From Ruditapes philippinarum (lineage: Eukaryota): a DNA stretch of 64,000 nt. Under the pieces are notes generated by a model. The model was given only the letters and a program-made list of their open reading frames with translations. It was not told the origin of the DNA and did no database searches. The DNA lies in contig NW_026857783.1 of the NCBI RefSeq assembly GCF_026571515.1, forward strand, positions 178,878-242,877, read 5' to 3'. The position numbers and the translations under genes were made by a program. This document shows, piece by piece, positions 34,895-47,439 of the stretch; within the stretch, counting starts at the first letter, position 1; each line of letters opens with the position of its first letter.

Positions 34895-35770
34895 TACAGT
34901 TGACTCTCAATAAGTCAAAATCGCTTAACTCAAAATTCCGCGTTAGTCGAAGAATTTCTAAAGTCCCGTCAAATTTCCTTCTTTATCTTTGTCTTTTTAC
35001 TCTGCTTAGGTCAAATTTTGACTTACTGAGACTCCTGTTTAGTCGAAAAGAAAATTTGGTCTTGTCAATTTAAGTCCAACATTTTTTCATCTCAATTAGT
35101 CGAAGTGTGAAAACAGCTGATTGATCAAAGGTCGGCGACATCAAGGTGAGAATTTGTCACTTGTGATTCACACGTTTCATAGTAATTTTAATTGCCGATC
35201 ATCATGTATTATTAACATGTTGTAAAAGTGGCTTTAATCGGTTTCAGGACTTAATTGGTTTTAACAGTTATATATCTAAATTAAGATTTAGTAACATTTC
35301 TTAAAGAAAGTTGACTCGTGCCAGTCTGACAGGTTTTAGTCAAATAACAGCCTAGGTATTGATGTTTGTTATCAACGTAAATGACATTTGTATAATTAAT
35401 GTTCCGTCATATTGCATACATTAATATGTACTTCCGGTTCACGATAGTTGCTTCTTTTGTTTTTGTCCGATGATCAATTCACTTCAAATATTAGATAAAT
35501 TTTTGAATGTTGAAATAAATATGTTATTGTGCTTTTATTATAATGAATTGTCATGAGTGCTTATTAAAAACATGTGCTTTACTGATGAATACTAACAAAC
35601 TTGCATTTAAGTCATTGCTACAAATGTTTGTGTTTCTTTGCACATGATTCAATCAGGCACATGTATATACATGTACGAATGTCAACGTAATCCACGTTAC
35701 TCAAATTTCGTTTATCTAGAAGTAAAATGCCCAGTCCCTTGGATTTCGAGTTACCGAGAGTCAACTGTAG
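34895..35770. mobile_element. ~870-bp TIR element (ACAGTTGACTCTC...GAGAGTCAACTGT) inserted into a copy of the 180-bp satellite unit
   Basis: left atacagttgactctcaataagtc, right cgagagtcaactgtag; flanking 34755-34894 and 35771-35900 resemble one unit of the 30-31.7 kb satellite; partial copy at 43555-43830. Confidence 0.6.
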
Positions 35771-36173
35771 TTATTTCTGTAAAATTCCTCTTTTTAAAAG
35801 CTAAAAGAGTTAGATCTTAGATATTTAGCATGAAATCTCTAAAAAAATTGTTCAAACTATGGCCCTGGGGTCAAATTTCGCTTATAGGTTTTCCTTTTAT
35901 ACATTTAGTAAATAATTTGAAAAACATTTCCTCCAGAACTATAAAGGTTAGGGCTTTGTGATTATATAACTGCACATTTGAACTCCATACCAGGCTGTAT
36001 TATAACACAGATCACTCAAAGTCAGGATCTATTTCCAAAATAAAAAGCCATATTACAAACATGCAGCATTGAATAATCACTCATACATAGGTAAATTTTA
36101 ATTTCAATGAAACAAAGATAATGTGAAGTATTGTAATTCTATAATAAAGACATTTTAATATGTTACATTTCAG

Positions 36174-36241
36174 TATCTGGACGGCCAAGCTTTGGTGGTG
36201 GTGGAATGCCTGATAGTGTGGAAATGGACCAGAAAAAAAAG
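36174..36241 (+). CDS. short exon (SFGGGG motif)
   Basis: (V)SGRPSFGGGGMPDSVEMDQKKK; acceptor tgttacatttcag|, donor G|gtaatt; phase 1 to 0 and in frame with the big exon at 41161. Confidence 0.5.
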
Positions 36242-36919
36242 GTAATTAATGATGTTTTGTAAAGTATATATATATGTGAGTCTAGCTAAAGATATATAAA
36301 AAAGAGTATTTTCTGGTGGTATTTCACATTGTGTAAAAAGACAGCTATAGTTCTGGCATAAGATGATTTCCACTGAATAATTGCATTTTCCTTTTTTTGA
36401 CAAAATTGACCAAAAATCCCCAATTTTATCTTGAAATTTCTCATACAATCTGTTTTAAACTAGCTTATCTCTTAAGTCTTATAAAGCTTATATTTTTATG
36501 AGAATCACTGTTCGTATTATTATGTAAATGTGTCTTAAAAGTGAGGTTTAATAGGGCCGTTAATCTTACTGAACTGAATGTTCTTATGTGCACCATTTCG
36601 ATTTTCCAAATTTTAAAGGCAAAGGATAAAGACACATAAAGCCTAAAATTTGTTCTTGTTTCTCAAAAGCTTTATATTTTTCGTGTTTTGGTACAGTTAA
36701 CAAAAGTACCTATACATTTAGCTGGGACATCTTTTGCTTCTTTATTATATAGGCAATAATAGTCCCTTTATAAAGATTTAGTATATTATATGGAAGTCAA
36801 AATACCACTTGTTTACATTTTGCCACCTTTGTGACAAATTGTTTGACATTCAGGTGATTATATTACCATCTCACATTAGCATGTTTACATACATAATTAC
36901 CCTCTTTATGGAATGAGAA

Positions 36920-38330
36920 ACCAAAACGAAGTTTGTGGGGGGGGGGGTATATAGGAGTCACCCAGTGGTCCGTCGGTCCAGTGTTCAGTTGCATTTTTTC
37001 TTGTCTGGAGCATAACCTGAAAACTAATGGTTGGAATTCAATACAACTTCATACAATGGTCAAGCACATTGAGAGGAAGTGCAGTGCACAAGAACCATAA
37101 CTCCATCTTGACTAATTACAGAGTTATTACCCTTTGTTATTTTTCCTTGTCTGGAGCATTACTTGAAAAGTACTGGTTGGAATTCAAAACAACTTCATAC
37201 AATGGTCAAGCACAATGAGGGGATGTGCAGTGCATAAGAATCATAACTCTATCTAAAGTATCTAAAGTAATTACAGAGTTGTTGCCCTTTGTTACTTTTC
37301 CATTGCTTTTTTTGTCAGGAGCATAACTTGAAGACTTATGGCAGGCAAGCACATTGAGAGGAAGTGCAGTGCACAAAAACCATAACTTCATTTTGACTAT
37401 TTAAAGAGTTATTGCCCTTTGTTACTTTTCCTTGTCCGGAGCATAACTTGAAAACTACTGGTTGTAATTCAATACAACTTTATACAATGGTCAAGCACAT
37501 TAAGAGGAAATTCAGTGCACAAGAACCATAACTCTGTCCAGAGTAATTATTGTGTTATTGCCCTTTGTTACTTTTCCATTGGTTTTTTTTTCCTGTCCAG
37601 AGCATAACTTGAAAACTACTAATTGGAATTCAGTACAATTTCATACAATGGTCAATATATTGAGAGGAAGCATAGTGCACAGAAACCATAATCCTTTCTT
37701 GACTCATTTAAGAGTTTTTGCCCTTTGTTACTTTTTATTATCCAGTGCATAACTTGAAGACTAAAGGTTGGAATTCAATGAAACATCATACAATGGTCAA
37801 GGGCAGTGAGATGAAGTGAAGTTCACAAGAACCATAACTCTATTTGGACTAATTACAGTTATTACCCATTGTTACTTGTTTTTGTCCAGTGCATAACTTG
37901 AAAACATTTAGTTGGAATTCAATACAACTTCATACAATGGACAAGCTCAATGAGAGGAAGTTTGATGTACAATAACCATAACTCCATCTTCAGTATTTTT
38001 AGAGTTAGTGCCCTTTGTTCCTTTTCCTTGTCCAGTGCATAACTTAAAAACTTTTGTTTAGAATTCAATGCAACTTCATACAATGGTCAAGCACAACGAG
38101 AGGAAGTGAAGTGCTTAAGAAGCGTAACTCTTTCTGGACTTTTTACAGACTAATTCAATAAAACTTCATCAATGGTCAACCACATTGAAAATAAATGCAA
38201 CATACAAGAACCACAACTATCTTTAATTGCCCACAACCATAACTCTATTTCAATTCTTTGACAAGGTATTCTCTTACTAGTATTTTCCTAATTTCTGAAG
38301 CAGTTTTGCGGGGGTATTATTAAATCACAT
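36920..38330 (+). repeat. ~155-bp satellite array (~8 units) inside 5'-truncated TIR element of the GGGGGTAT family
   Basis: head aaacgaagtttgtgggggggggggtatataggagtcacccagtggtccgtcggtcc; units ...caatggtcaagcacattgagaggaagtgcagtgcacaagaaccataactc..ttattgccctttgttacttttccttgtc..; tail tgcgggggtattattaaatcac. Confidence 0.65.
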
Positions 38331-38519
38331 TTAGTGATACATGTACTTCTAGTTTAATTCTGATTCATATATAATATGCCTTTAAGGAAAATATGATAGA
38401 AATACAGATGGGACAATTTTTCAACATTTGTAATAGCATTGCTATAACTTTTATATGAATAGCCTTACTAGTTTGAAGGTTAGGTTAAACCTAAAATATT
38501 GTATATCACAGGACATCTC

Positions 38520-38860
38520 CATCTTCAAATATGGACATAGCCTATGTCATAACTTTTAGGGGAAAATTTCAAAATTTGTAGTGGCTGAATAGCAAACAGT
38601 GCCAGAAATAGTGTATATTTCCATCTTCCAGTCTGGACATAGCCAATCCCATAACTTTTAGGGGAAATTTCAAAATTTGTAGTGGCTGAATAGCAAACAG
38701 TGCCAAAAATAGTGTATATTTCCATCTTCCAGTCTGGACATAGCCAATCCCATAACTTTTAGGGGAAAATTTAAAAATTTGTAGTGGTTGAATAGCAAAC
38801 AGTGCCAAAAATAGTGTATATTTCCATCTTCCAGTTTGGACATGGGAAATATTCAAAAAT
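38520..38860 (+). repeat. ~120-bp tandem repeat x3
   Basis: ccatcttccagtctggacatagccaatcccataacttttaggggaaatttcaaaatttgtagtggctgaatagcaaacagtgccaaaaatagtgtatattt repeated; explains the minus-strand ORFs at 38525-38952. Confidence 0.7.
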
Positions 38861-39346
38861 AGCAAACAGTGCCGACGGTAATCAGATGGCAGAATGACTG
38901 CCCCCTGATTGTAGTCTGTGCACTGGTCGCATTGCGTAGAAGCAGTTGCCATTGGCAGACTGTGAAATACTAATTATTTCTCCTGAAATTAAAATATTTC
39001 AAAATCATTAGTGCCTGAATAGCAAACAGTGCAGACCATGATCAACTTAAAACTTTTAAAACATTGCAGAAAAAAGTTTATTTAAATTTATGTTGTTTTA
39101 AGAAGTGGATAGTCTAAAACTTATCTTTTTGTATAAATCTATATGATGGATCCAAGATTAAAGTTAACTGTACGATTATAAACTTTCAATGACATAGTAA
39201 TAAAGCATTACATGTATGATAATGACTGAGACATTGATGTTACAACATGTGTGTTTATTTCTTTCTCTATTTATATAATAACATGTACATGTAAATGCAT
39301 GTTGACAGAATATAAGTTAACATTTTATTTAGGTGAGCAGTACTTT

Positions 39347-41095
39347 TTATACCTCCCAACAACGAAATTGTAAGGGGTGTATACTGGAATCAGCTTGTCT
39401 GTCCGTCCGTCAATCTGGCCATCCATTGGTTTTGGCTTGTACGCCCATTAACTTAAGATTCCTTTGACCAACAGCCTGCATAATTGACATGGAGGTTAGT
39501 CATGACTAGTAGATGACCCCTATTGATTTTGAGGTCACTAGGTCAAAGGTCAATGTTACCGGGACCTTGACTAAGAAAAGCTTGTCCGCCCAATAACTTA
39601 ATAAAGCTTTGACCCACAGTCTTTATATTTGCCATGGAGGTTAGTCATGATTAGTAGATGACCCCTATTGATTTTTAGGGCACTGGGTCAAAGGTCAAGG
39701 TCAAATGGACTTTGACTTCAAAAAATTTGTCCGCCCAATAACTTAAGAAACCTTTGACCCACAGTCTTCATATTTGGCATGGAGGTTAGTCATGATTAGT
39801 AGATGACCCCTATTGATTTTGAGGTCACTTGGTCAAAAGTCAAAGTCACAGGGGCCTTTACTATAAAAGCTTGTCCGCCAAATAACTTAAGTTTCCTTTA
39901 ACCACAGTCTTCATATTGGCCATGGAGGTTAGTCATGATTAGTAGATGACCCCTTTTGATTTTGAGGTCATTGGGTCAAAGGTCAAGGTCACAGAGACCT
40001 TGACATTAAAAAGTTTGTCCACCCAATAACTTAAGAAACCTTTGACCAACAGTCTTCATATTTGGCATGGAGGTTAGTCATGATTAGTAGATGACTCCTA
40101 TTGATTTTGAGGTCACTGGGTGAAAGGTTAAGGTCACAGAGGCCTTAACTATAAAAAGCTTGTCAGCCCAATAACTTAAGAAAGCTTTGACCCACAGTCT
40201 TCATATTTGGCAAGGAGGTTAGTCATGATTTGTAAATGACCCCTATAGATTTTGAAGTCACTAGGTCAAAGATCAATGTTACCCGAACCTTGACTAAGAA
40301 AAGCTTGTCCGCCCAATAACTTAAGAAAGCTTTGACCTAAAGTCTTTATATTTGCCATGCATGTTAGTCATGATAAATAGATGACCCCTATTGATTTTGA
40401 GGTCACTGGGTGAAAGGTTAAGGTCACAGGGGCCTTTACTATAAAAAGCTTGTCCGCCCAATAACTTAAGAAAGCTTTGACCTAAAGTCTTTATATTTGC
40501 CATGCATGTTAGTCATGATTAATAGATGACCTCTATAGATTTTGAGGTCACTGGGTCAAAGGTCAAGGTCACATGGACTTTGACTTCAAAAAGTTTGTCT
40601 GCCCAATAACTTAAGAAACCTTTGACCCACAGTCTTCATATTTGGCATGGAGGTTGATCATGACCATTAGGTGGCTCCTATTGATTTTTAGGTCACTGGG
40701 TCAAAGGTCAAGGTCACAGGGACCTTGATTAAAAAAGCTTTTCCCGTCAAATGCTTAAGAATGCTTTGGTCAACAGTCTTCATTTTTGTTATTGAGGTTG
40801 TTTATGACTAGTAGATGGCCTCTATTGATTTTTAGTTGACTGTGTCAAAGGTCAAGGTCACAGGGATTTTTACTAGAATAAGTTTGTCTTCTCAAATGCT
40901 TAAGAATGCCTGTCTGCAGTGTATTGATTTTGACATTCTCACATTTGAAGTATGTAGAATACATAACTTAGCAATGCACTGACTTAGTAACCACAGATTT
41001 GGCAGGGAGGTTGTCCTTGAGCTCTAAATGGCCACTGTTGATTCTGACAAAGAGGTATGCGGGGGTATTCACGCCATGACAGTGGTAGTTCTAGT
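39347..41095 (+). mobile_element. TIR element (TATACCTCCCAAC.../...GCGGGGGTATTCAC) with ~11 units of the 139-bp satellite; same family as 8501-9235
   Basis: 5' tatacctcccaacaacgaaattgtaaggggtgtatactggaatcagcttgtctgtccgtccgtc; 3' aagaggtatgcgggggtattcacgccatgacagtggtagttctagttt; ends 66 bp before acceptor of exon 41161. Confidence 0.65.
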
Positions 41096-41160
41096 TTTTT
41101 CAAAAGTATGAATCAAAATGCAGAACTAATATGAATAAGAGTTCTTTTTTTTGCATACAG

Positions 41161-42444
41161 AAAAAACCAGCAAGGAGAGCAATGAAGTCACATTTCAAAG
41201 CTCCTGAATCATCAAGTATTAGTTCACAAGCAGAAAAAGCAGAAACTGGCCTCCCTTCTCATCTTCATTTGAGTAATTGTTCCATGGCACCACAGTTGCA
41301 TCAGCTAATGGCACCACAATTGCAGCAAATGGCACCACAATTGCAGCCGCAAATGGCACCACAATTTCAGCAGCACATAGCACCACAGGTGCATCAACAA
41401 ATGGCACCACAATTGCAACAGCCACAACAACAGCTAGATATGCCACAACCTAATGCAAGAACTGATAAATTTATGTCTAGGTCTAAGCCTCCTAAATTTA
41501 TGTCTAGGTCTAAGCCTCTTGAAACTTATTCTGCATTGGAAAGGTCTGATGAATCATTGATGCATCAGATGGATAAAATTCCAACAGTGCATAATTATTT
41601 TTCAACAAGTTCTCCTTTTTCTCCTGCACCATTGAGTGCACCACCACCACCCCCACCTCCTCCAGGGGATACCCCAAGACCCACACCACAACTAGGGGTT
41701 GCTATTATTCCTTCATCTTTTCAAGTAGCATCTAGTTATCAAGCTCAGATACCAAGTTTTGGTTTTGGTGCAACAACGGGTGCATCACCACAACCCCCAC
41801 CTTCATCAAATAATGCGACTATACCACCCCCATGTCCTCCAATGCTTGCCCACAGATTCCAACCATCGAGAGCTCCAAGCTATTTATCTTTCGAAGTAGA
41901 GCCTAGATATGCAGCTAAAGCACCAAGTTTTGCTTTTAGTGCAACAACGGGTGCATCTCCACCACCACCACCTCCTTCAAAGGAAGCTCACAGACCACCA
42001 CCTCCACCAGGGGGTGCCCCCAGACCAACACCACCACCACCTCCAGGGGGTGCTCCCAGACCACCACCACCTCCAGGGGGTGCTCCCAGACCAGCACCAC
42101 CACCACCTCCAAGGGATGCTCCCAGACCTCCAGCTTCTCCAAGGGGTGCTCCTAGCCCTTCATCTTCTCTAGTAACATCTAGACATCCAGCTCCAGATCC
42201 AAGTTTTTCTTTTGGTGCAACAACTGGTGGATCTTTGGAAATGCTAAAAAGTTGTCCCAATATTAGCCCTATTAAGAGGATGATTGCAATGTCATTATCT
42301 AAATCTGCTGTTGATGATAATGATATGGAGTTTACCAAAGCCTCTAAGCAGGAAAGCAAAGAAATACCTGAGAAGAAAAGCATTGAAGCTCATGTTAGAA
42401 GAAATTATGGGGGAAGGAGGGTAGATATGCGTGAACTTCAAGAG
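41161..42444 (+). CDS. 1284-nt low-complexity exon: Q/P-rich MAPQLQQ repeats, FG-type PSFGFGATTGASP repeats, polyproline PPPPGGAPRP repeats
   Basis: long ORF in frame from acceptor ttttttttgcatacag| (41159-41160) to donor GAG|gtttgt (42445); 428 codons; repeat structure explains the overlapping antisense ORFs. Confidence 0.7.
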
Positions 42445-42519
42445 GTTTGTAAAACATAACACTTTTATAAGGTTTGACTTTCTTAATATACAGTACAGCT
42501 TTAACAATTTTTCCAAAGT

Positions 42520-43545
42520 CAGCTGATCCCTGCGATTTTTTTTATGGATGGATTGTCACCGCGACATCGCTGCAACAGTTATGACTTTCTGCTCATCCAC
42601 CTGATCGGGTGAAATTTGCGCTGCTGCATATCGTCGCCCCGGATCACTGTGGAAAATTGCAACCATATTTTGCTCTCTCATGTGATGATTTATCAATTAT
42701 TACACGTATTTACCTGCGTCCACGCAAAATTTGTCTCCTATAATATAATTGTGGACATTTGGAAATGTTAGCCCACAGTTCTCTGTTTAAAAAATGTTAA
42801 AATATTTAATTGTTATTTACCAAAATTCATTGCTGATTGTTGAAATTCCATTCTGCTAAAATACACAAAAACACTGGCAGCCAAAGTAGCATCCATAAAT
42901 AAATGAAAATTAATGTTTCCATTGTTTAATAATATACACAAACTTTACACACGAGATGACCTCAGAAAAATAACTTAGTCGGCTCTTCAAAAGAATCTGT
43001 AAATCTTTGATGTTTACACGTGTGTATCGCCTGTGGAATCATCAAAGAAGTGCCGACACTGAACTTGACTTCCATCCTTTGTCATCTTTTTTTTCCTGTC
43101 CAGAAAAATTACACGTGCTTAATTATTGCTCAAAAGTAAAAAAAAAAAATGTTGGATAATTATGGGGTCAATTATTGACATATTATTAAACGTTAAGTGC
43201 ATTAAATTTTAGATTGTTATATATTTTTTACATAAATGGAACTTCAAAATTACCAATTTTTATAGATATCAGATGATTTAACGGCTGTTATTTAAGCAAT
43301 AGATAAGTGTTATTGTTTTTTCTAACAAGGCCATGTACATTTACGTGAACATTTACCTGTACAGTATTTAAAATTATATGCAAATTGATCAAGGCGAATC
43401 TCTGTGATTTTCCACAGCGGATCGCGGTGTTTTTTATTACCAGTCTGCGGTGATTTGTTGCCACAACTGTTAATAGTATGTCTCCCGCGATTTTCTGTTC
43501 GCTGTTAAAAGTGTCCGCGGTGACTGAGCGGGAAGTGAAAAAATT
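42520..43545. mobile_element. ~1-kb element with ~150-bp terminal inverted repeats, AT-rich interior, no ORF
   Basis: 42551-42665 (..gtcaccgcgacatcgctgcaacagttatgac..ccggatcactgtggaaaattgc) is the reverse complement of 43403-43520 (..gattttccacagcggatcgcgg..ctgcggtgatttgttgccacaactgttaat..). Confidence 0.55.
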
Positions 43546-44999
43546 GTTTGAGCTGTACTGATACAGTTGACTCTCAGTACATCAAGTCCTGTCAAAATTT
43601 CTTCTTATATATTTGAACATCCTTTATGTCTAATCAAATTTTTACTCCAGATGGAGTAATTTTTATACTTAAAATTTTATAGTCCTGTTGTCCTGACAAT
43701 TAGATTTAAACCTTTTTTTTTTTTTACACAAAAAATTGAAACATTGAGACAGCCAATGATCAAAGATCGGAACATCAAGGTGAAATATTGTCATATTGGC
43801 TGACACATAAAGTATGATTGTTTATTGCTAGTACAATGTATATTAAAAACTACTGGTCATCATGTGGAATTGACATGCTCTAAATATTGCTTTACAGGTT
43901 TTAATACCTCCACTCTAGGGGGTGGGTGGGATTTAGATTTGTTCTTTGTCAGGCTGTCTGTCTGTGCGTGTGTTCTCATGTTGTGTCACATGTAGCTCTA
44001 AAAGTGCTTGAGCCAAAGTCAACTAACTTTAAAAGGAATGTTTATCAGCATGTGAAGCTGTGCACCTGGGGGGGGGGGGGGGTATGGGGATTAATTCAGT
44101 TTTGTCAGTGTTATTGCCCTTGACTTGGTAAAAATGGCCAATTTTCAATATGTGTCGCCTGTAGCCAAAAAGATATTTGACATGGAGTCTTGAATCTTTA
44201 CAGGAATGCTGGTCAGCATGTGTTATTCATTTGGGGAATAAATTTGTTGTTTTTATTCCCCAACCACTTAATGTTAAGGGGTGTCATGAAGAATTTCCTT
44301 TGCCTATCCCTATTTCATACCTTCCTACTGTATGTCAGTAGACTGACAAAACAGTGGAGTGTGGGAGCATCTGTGTTCTATGGACTCATTTCTTGTTTAC
44401 CGTAAGATACTTAAATCTCAGTTTTATTGAGAAAATTTATTATGCAAACATTATATGTTTTATTTGTTCTGTATAATATATGCATACATTAATGTATACT
44501 TCCAATTCAAGAGATTTCCTATATTTTGTTTTAATACAAATGGTGAAATATACCTTTTTTCCAGCAGGTGTTTTGGATATTGGTAAATCTAATATTAGTT
44601 ATATGATTGTGTGCATTTCAGATTGATAATTATCCTGCGTGCATTACATGAACATGTTCTGTTGATTATTTTCTTATTAAGTATTGATAAGTGATTCATA
44701 CACAGTGCACCAGTTAGCATTTAGAAGTAGACCTACAACTTTGTACAATCCCTCCATTTAAAACAGGTACAAAGTATTACAAGGCAATTAATTGCACCTT
44801 TTAAATCAAATTCCATTTATCTCAAAGTAAATTATGCCGGGTTCCTTGAAATTCTAGATACTCTCAGAGTAAACTGTTTGTATTTTATTTATGGTTAAAT
44901 GACTTTCTTTTATATTTATGAAATGGCCAAAAAAATATTCAAGATAATTTCCCATCCGTCTCCATTTTCGTGTCCGCTCTATAAATCCTATACCAATTG

Positions 45000-45440
45000 A
45001 AGGGATGTGCAGAACCCATGTTGCCCATGTGTCAGCTCAAGGTCAAGATCACAATTATTGAAGGTCAAATATCAAACAATCAAATTATAGACAGTATGTT
45101 GTGTCCGCTCTGTAAGTCTATACTAATGGAAAGATTTTCTTCAAACTTGGCTCAAATGTTCACCTCAACGAGGGGAGTTACTACCCTTTGTTCATTTTAC
45201 ATTTTGAAGTGTGTCTCGGACATAACTCTAAAACTATAAGAGATATGAACATGAAACTTTGTAGGTAGATAGATCTCATTGAGTAAATGTGTAGTGCACA
45301 AAAAAATTACTCTGCCTTGCTTAATTTTGGAGTTATTTCCCTTTGTTCATTTTTATACTTTGAACTTTGTCCTGGTCATAACTCTAAAATGATAAGAGAT
45401 ATCAACATTAAACTTTGTAGGTAGATAGATCTCTCGTTGT
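45000..45440 (+). repeat. ~155-bp tandem repeat x2.5
   Basis: ...gttcattttacattttgaagtgtgtctcggacataactctaaaactataagagatatgaacatgaaactttgtaggtagatagatctc... repeated; related to the 36920-38330 and 51290-51480 units. Confidence 0.55.
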
Positions 45441-45829
45441 TTCTTATTTCACTGGCTAGTGCTTCAAGCTCGGATCAAGTTAAGCCTAATGCACCTAAGC
45501 TTAACCATTTGGTTTCCATGAGATGATAATCAACCCTTTTGTTGTTAAATGGTCAAAGTCATCTACTTTGAATTTGCCTTGGACCATGTGAAGTTTTCAC
45601 CTTATGGATCACTTTAAATTTAAGTTTAATTATGTGGAGAGGCTATCAAGATGTAAAATTAATTAGTCTTTCTCAGTTGACAGTACCTGTAACAATTCAA
45701 GTAATAAGTAAAAATTGAAATTTTCATGCACAAAGACATCTGTTGCCACACAAAACACAACCAAAGCAAATGTCAAGTGATTTCAGTAAAGTAGAGAAAC
45801 ACTTCATTATATCACTGTTTCCTTTCAAG

Positions 45830-45959
45830 GATTCCCTGAATGTTTCTAAAGAGGACGAACTTGAACAAGAACTAAGAAAAGAAATGGAAGAAGAGAGGAG
45901 CAAACCACAGGTATCTTGGAGGGCAATGTCTATGCCTAGAAGTGAAAGAATATGTGATG
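45830..45959 (+). CDS. charged exon
   Basis: DSLNVSKEDELEQELRKEMEEERSKPQVSWRAMSMPRSERICD(G); acceptor tttcctttcaag|, donor G|gtaagt; only this donor (not CAG|gtatct at 45911) keeps downstream exons open. Confidence 0.5.
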
Positions 45960-46029
45960 GTAAGTGTATAAATAATGTAGAAAAAAACCCAGATTTATTT
46001 TGTGTTTAAGAGTTCTGAAGGCTCAGGGT

Positions 46030-46800
46030 GACATTTTTGGCCAGGTTCACCGTGAGATATAGTGCAAGGTTTCGATGGTTTTACAATGCACCTTATCTCC
46101 CTTGAAGTTTAATGATATGGTACAAAGCAAATTAACTTTAAATCGGAGAAGCAACTTCAAAGGAGCTAAGGATTGCAAATCCTGTGAAGTTTCACTGAAA
46201 TCCCCCAGCAGTTTTGGTGATGCAGCGTGGATAAGCTTATTCTACTAAAATATAGACCATTAAGGGGCCAAGACTTTGCACACAAAAAATCAAGCAGAAT
46301 ATCAAGAGGGTATGCACAACTAGGCTTGGTAGCAAACATAATCCTGTGAAGTTTCCCTGAAGTTTTGGTAATGAAGTGCGGACAAGCTTATTTTACCCGA
46401 AAATTGACCATTAAGAGACCATAAAAAGCAGAAAATCAAGACACTATGAACAACTCGGCTTTAATTTCACTTAAATCCCCCAGCGGTTTGGAGATGAAGC
46501 TCTGACAAGCTTATTTTACTCAATATTTGTCAATTAAGGGGCCATAATTTTGTAAAAAAATTTAAGGGAAAAATCAAGAGAGTATGCACAATTAAGCATA
46601 GCGACAAACAATATTGTGAAGTTTCACTGAAATCCCTCAAGTAATTAAGTTTGGTGATGAATCACTGACAAGCTTATTTTACTCGAAATTTGACCATTAA
46701 GGGGCCATAATAGTGCAAAACAAATTCAAGCAGAAAATCAATATACTATACACAAATAGGCTTGGTGACAAAAATAAATATAAAATTATATTTGTATAGT
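46030..46800 (+). repeat. ~150-bp satellite x~5, with inverted partial copy at 46960-47170
   Basis: units ...cctgtgaagtttcactgaaatcccccagcagttttggtgatgcagcgtggataagcttattctactaaaatatagaccattaaggggccaagactttgcacacaaaaaatcaagcagaatatcaagagggtatgcacaactaggcttggtagcaaaca...; related to the 61598-62410 unit. Confidence 0.6.
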
Positions 46801-47439
46801 TCCACTGATTGAAGAAGACAAATATTATTTTGTTAAACTTATTCAATAAATTCAGTTTGAAGCATACACTCTTACAACAATCTTTCATAGACTAATTAGG
46901 AAGATCATCAATAAACCTAAAGGTACATTATGCCTCAGAAGTCACTATTTTTATGCCAGTGAAGGAAGGCATATAGTAATTGCACTCACTGTCTGTCCAA
47001 TTCCATCCTTCCATATGTGCATCCAGTAATCTTTTCCGTGCTAAGTCATCTCTAACACTGCTGGGGGGATTTCAGTGAAACTAATCACAGGATTGGTTGT
47101 CACCAAGCCTAGTTGTGCATAGTACCTTGATATTCTGCTTGATTTTGCCCATTAATGGCCTATTTTAGATAAATAAAATTCAATTTAGAGCATGTTAACA
47201 AGGTAAAATAAGATAACAAAAATAAAAAGGTTTGGAGAAATAAAATGATAGCATTTTGGGGGCCTAATGGGCCTTAAATAATTAAAAATCATCCATGGAC
47301 AAATCCCTTGTGAATTAGTTTACATGTAATGTTGAGATTTTCTTAAAATGTCTACAACAGGTATATGTAACATTTTCTATAAAAACCACTGCATTTAAAC
47401 ATATTCAAGTTTCAGTATGAGTTTTATTATGCCCCCACA

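Noticed and set aside
38525-38952. Minus-strand ORFs of 66 and 127 aa with internally repeated peptide (FLALFAIQPLQI...)
   Set aside because: The peptide repeat mirrors the ~120-bp DNA tandem repeat at 38520-38860. This is a repeat artefact, not a gene.
41219-42383. Antisense and alternative-frame ORFs (41219-41446 -, 41936-42142 -, 41988-42383 -, 41909-42172 +) overlapping the big exon
   Set aside because: They are by-products of the codon-level tandem repeats (GGAGCACCCCCTGG etc.), which keep several frames open. The + frame from acceptor 41159 is the only one that joins upstream and downstream exons in phase.
45911-45912. Alternative donor CAG|gtatct for exon 45830
   Set aside because: Using it (phase 0) makes every reading of the downstream exons 49344 and 50806 hit stops. 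Only the G|gtaagt donor at 45960 keeps the chain open to the TAA at 54397. It might still be used as a minor or NMD isoform.
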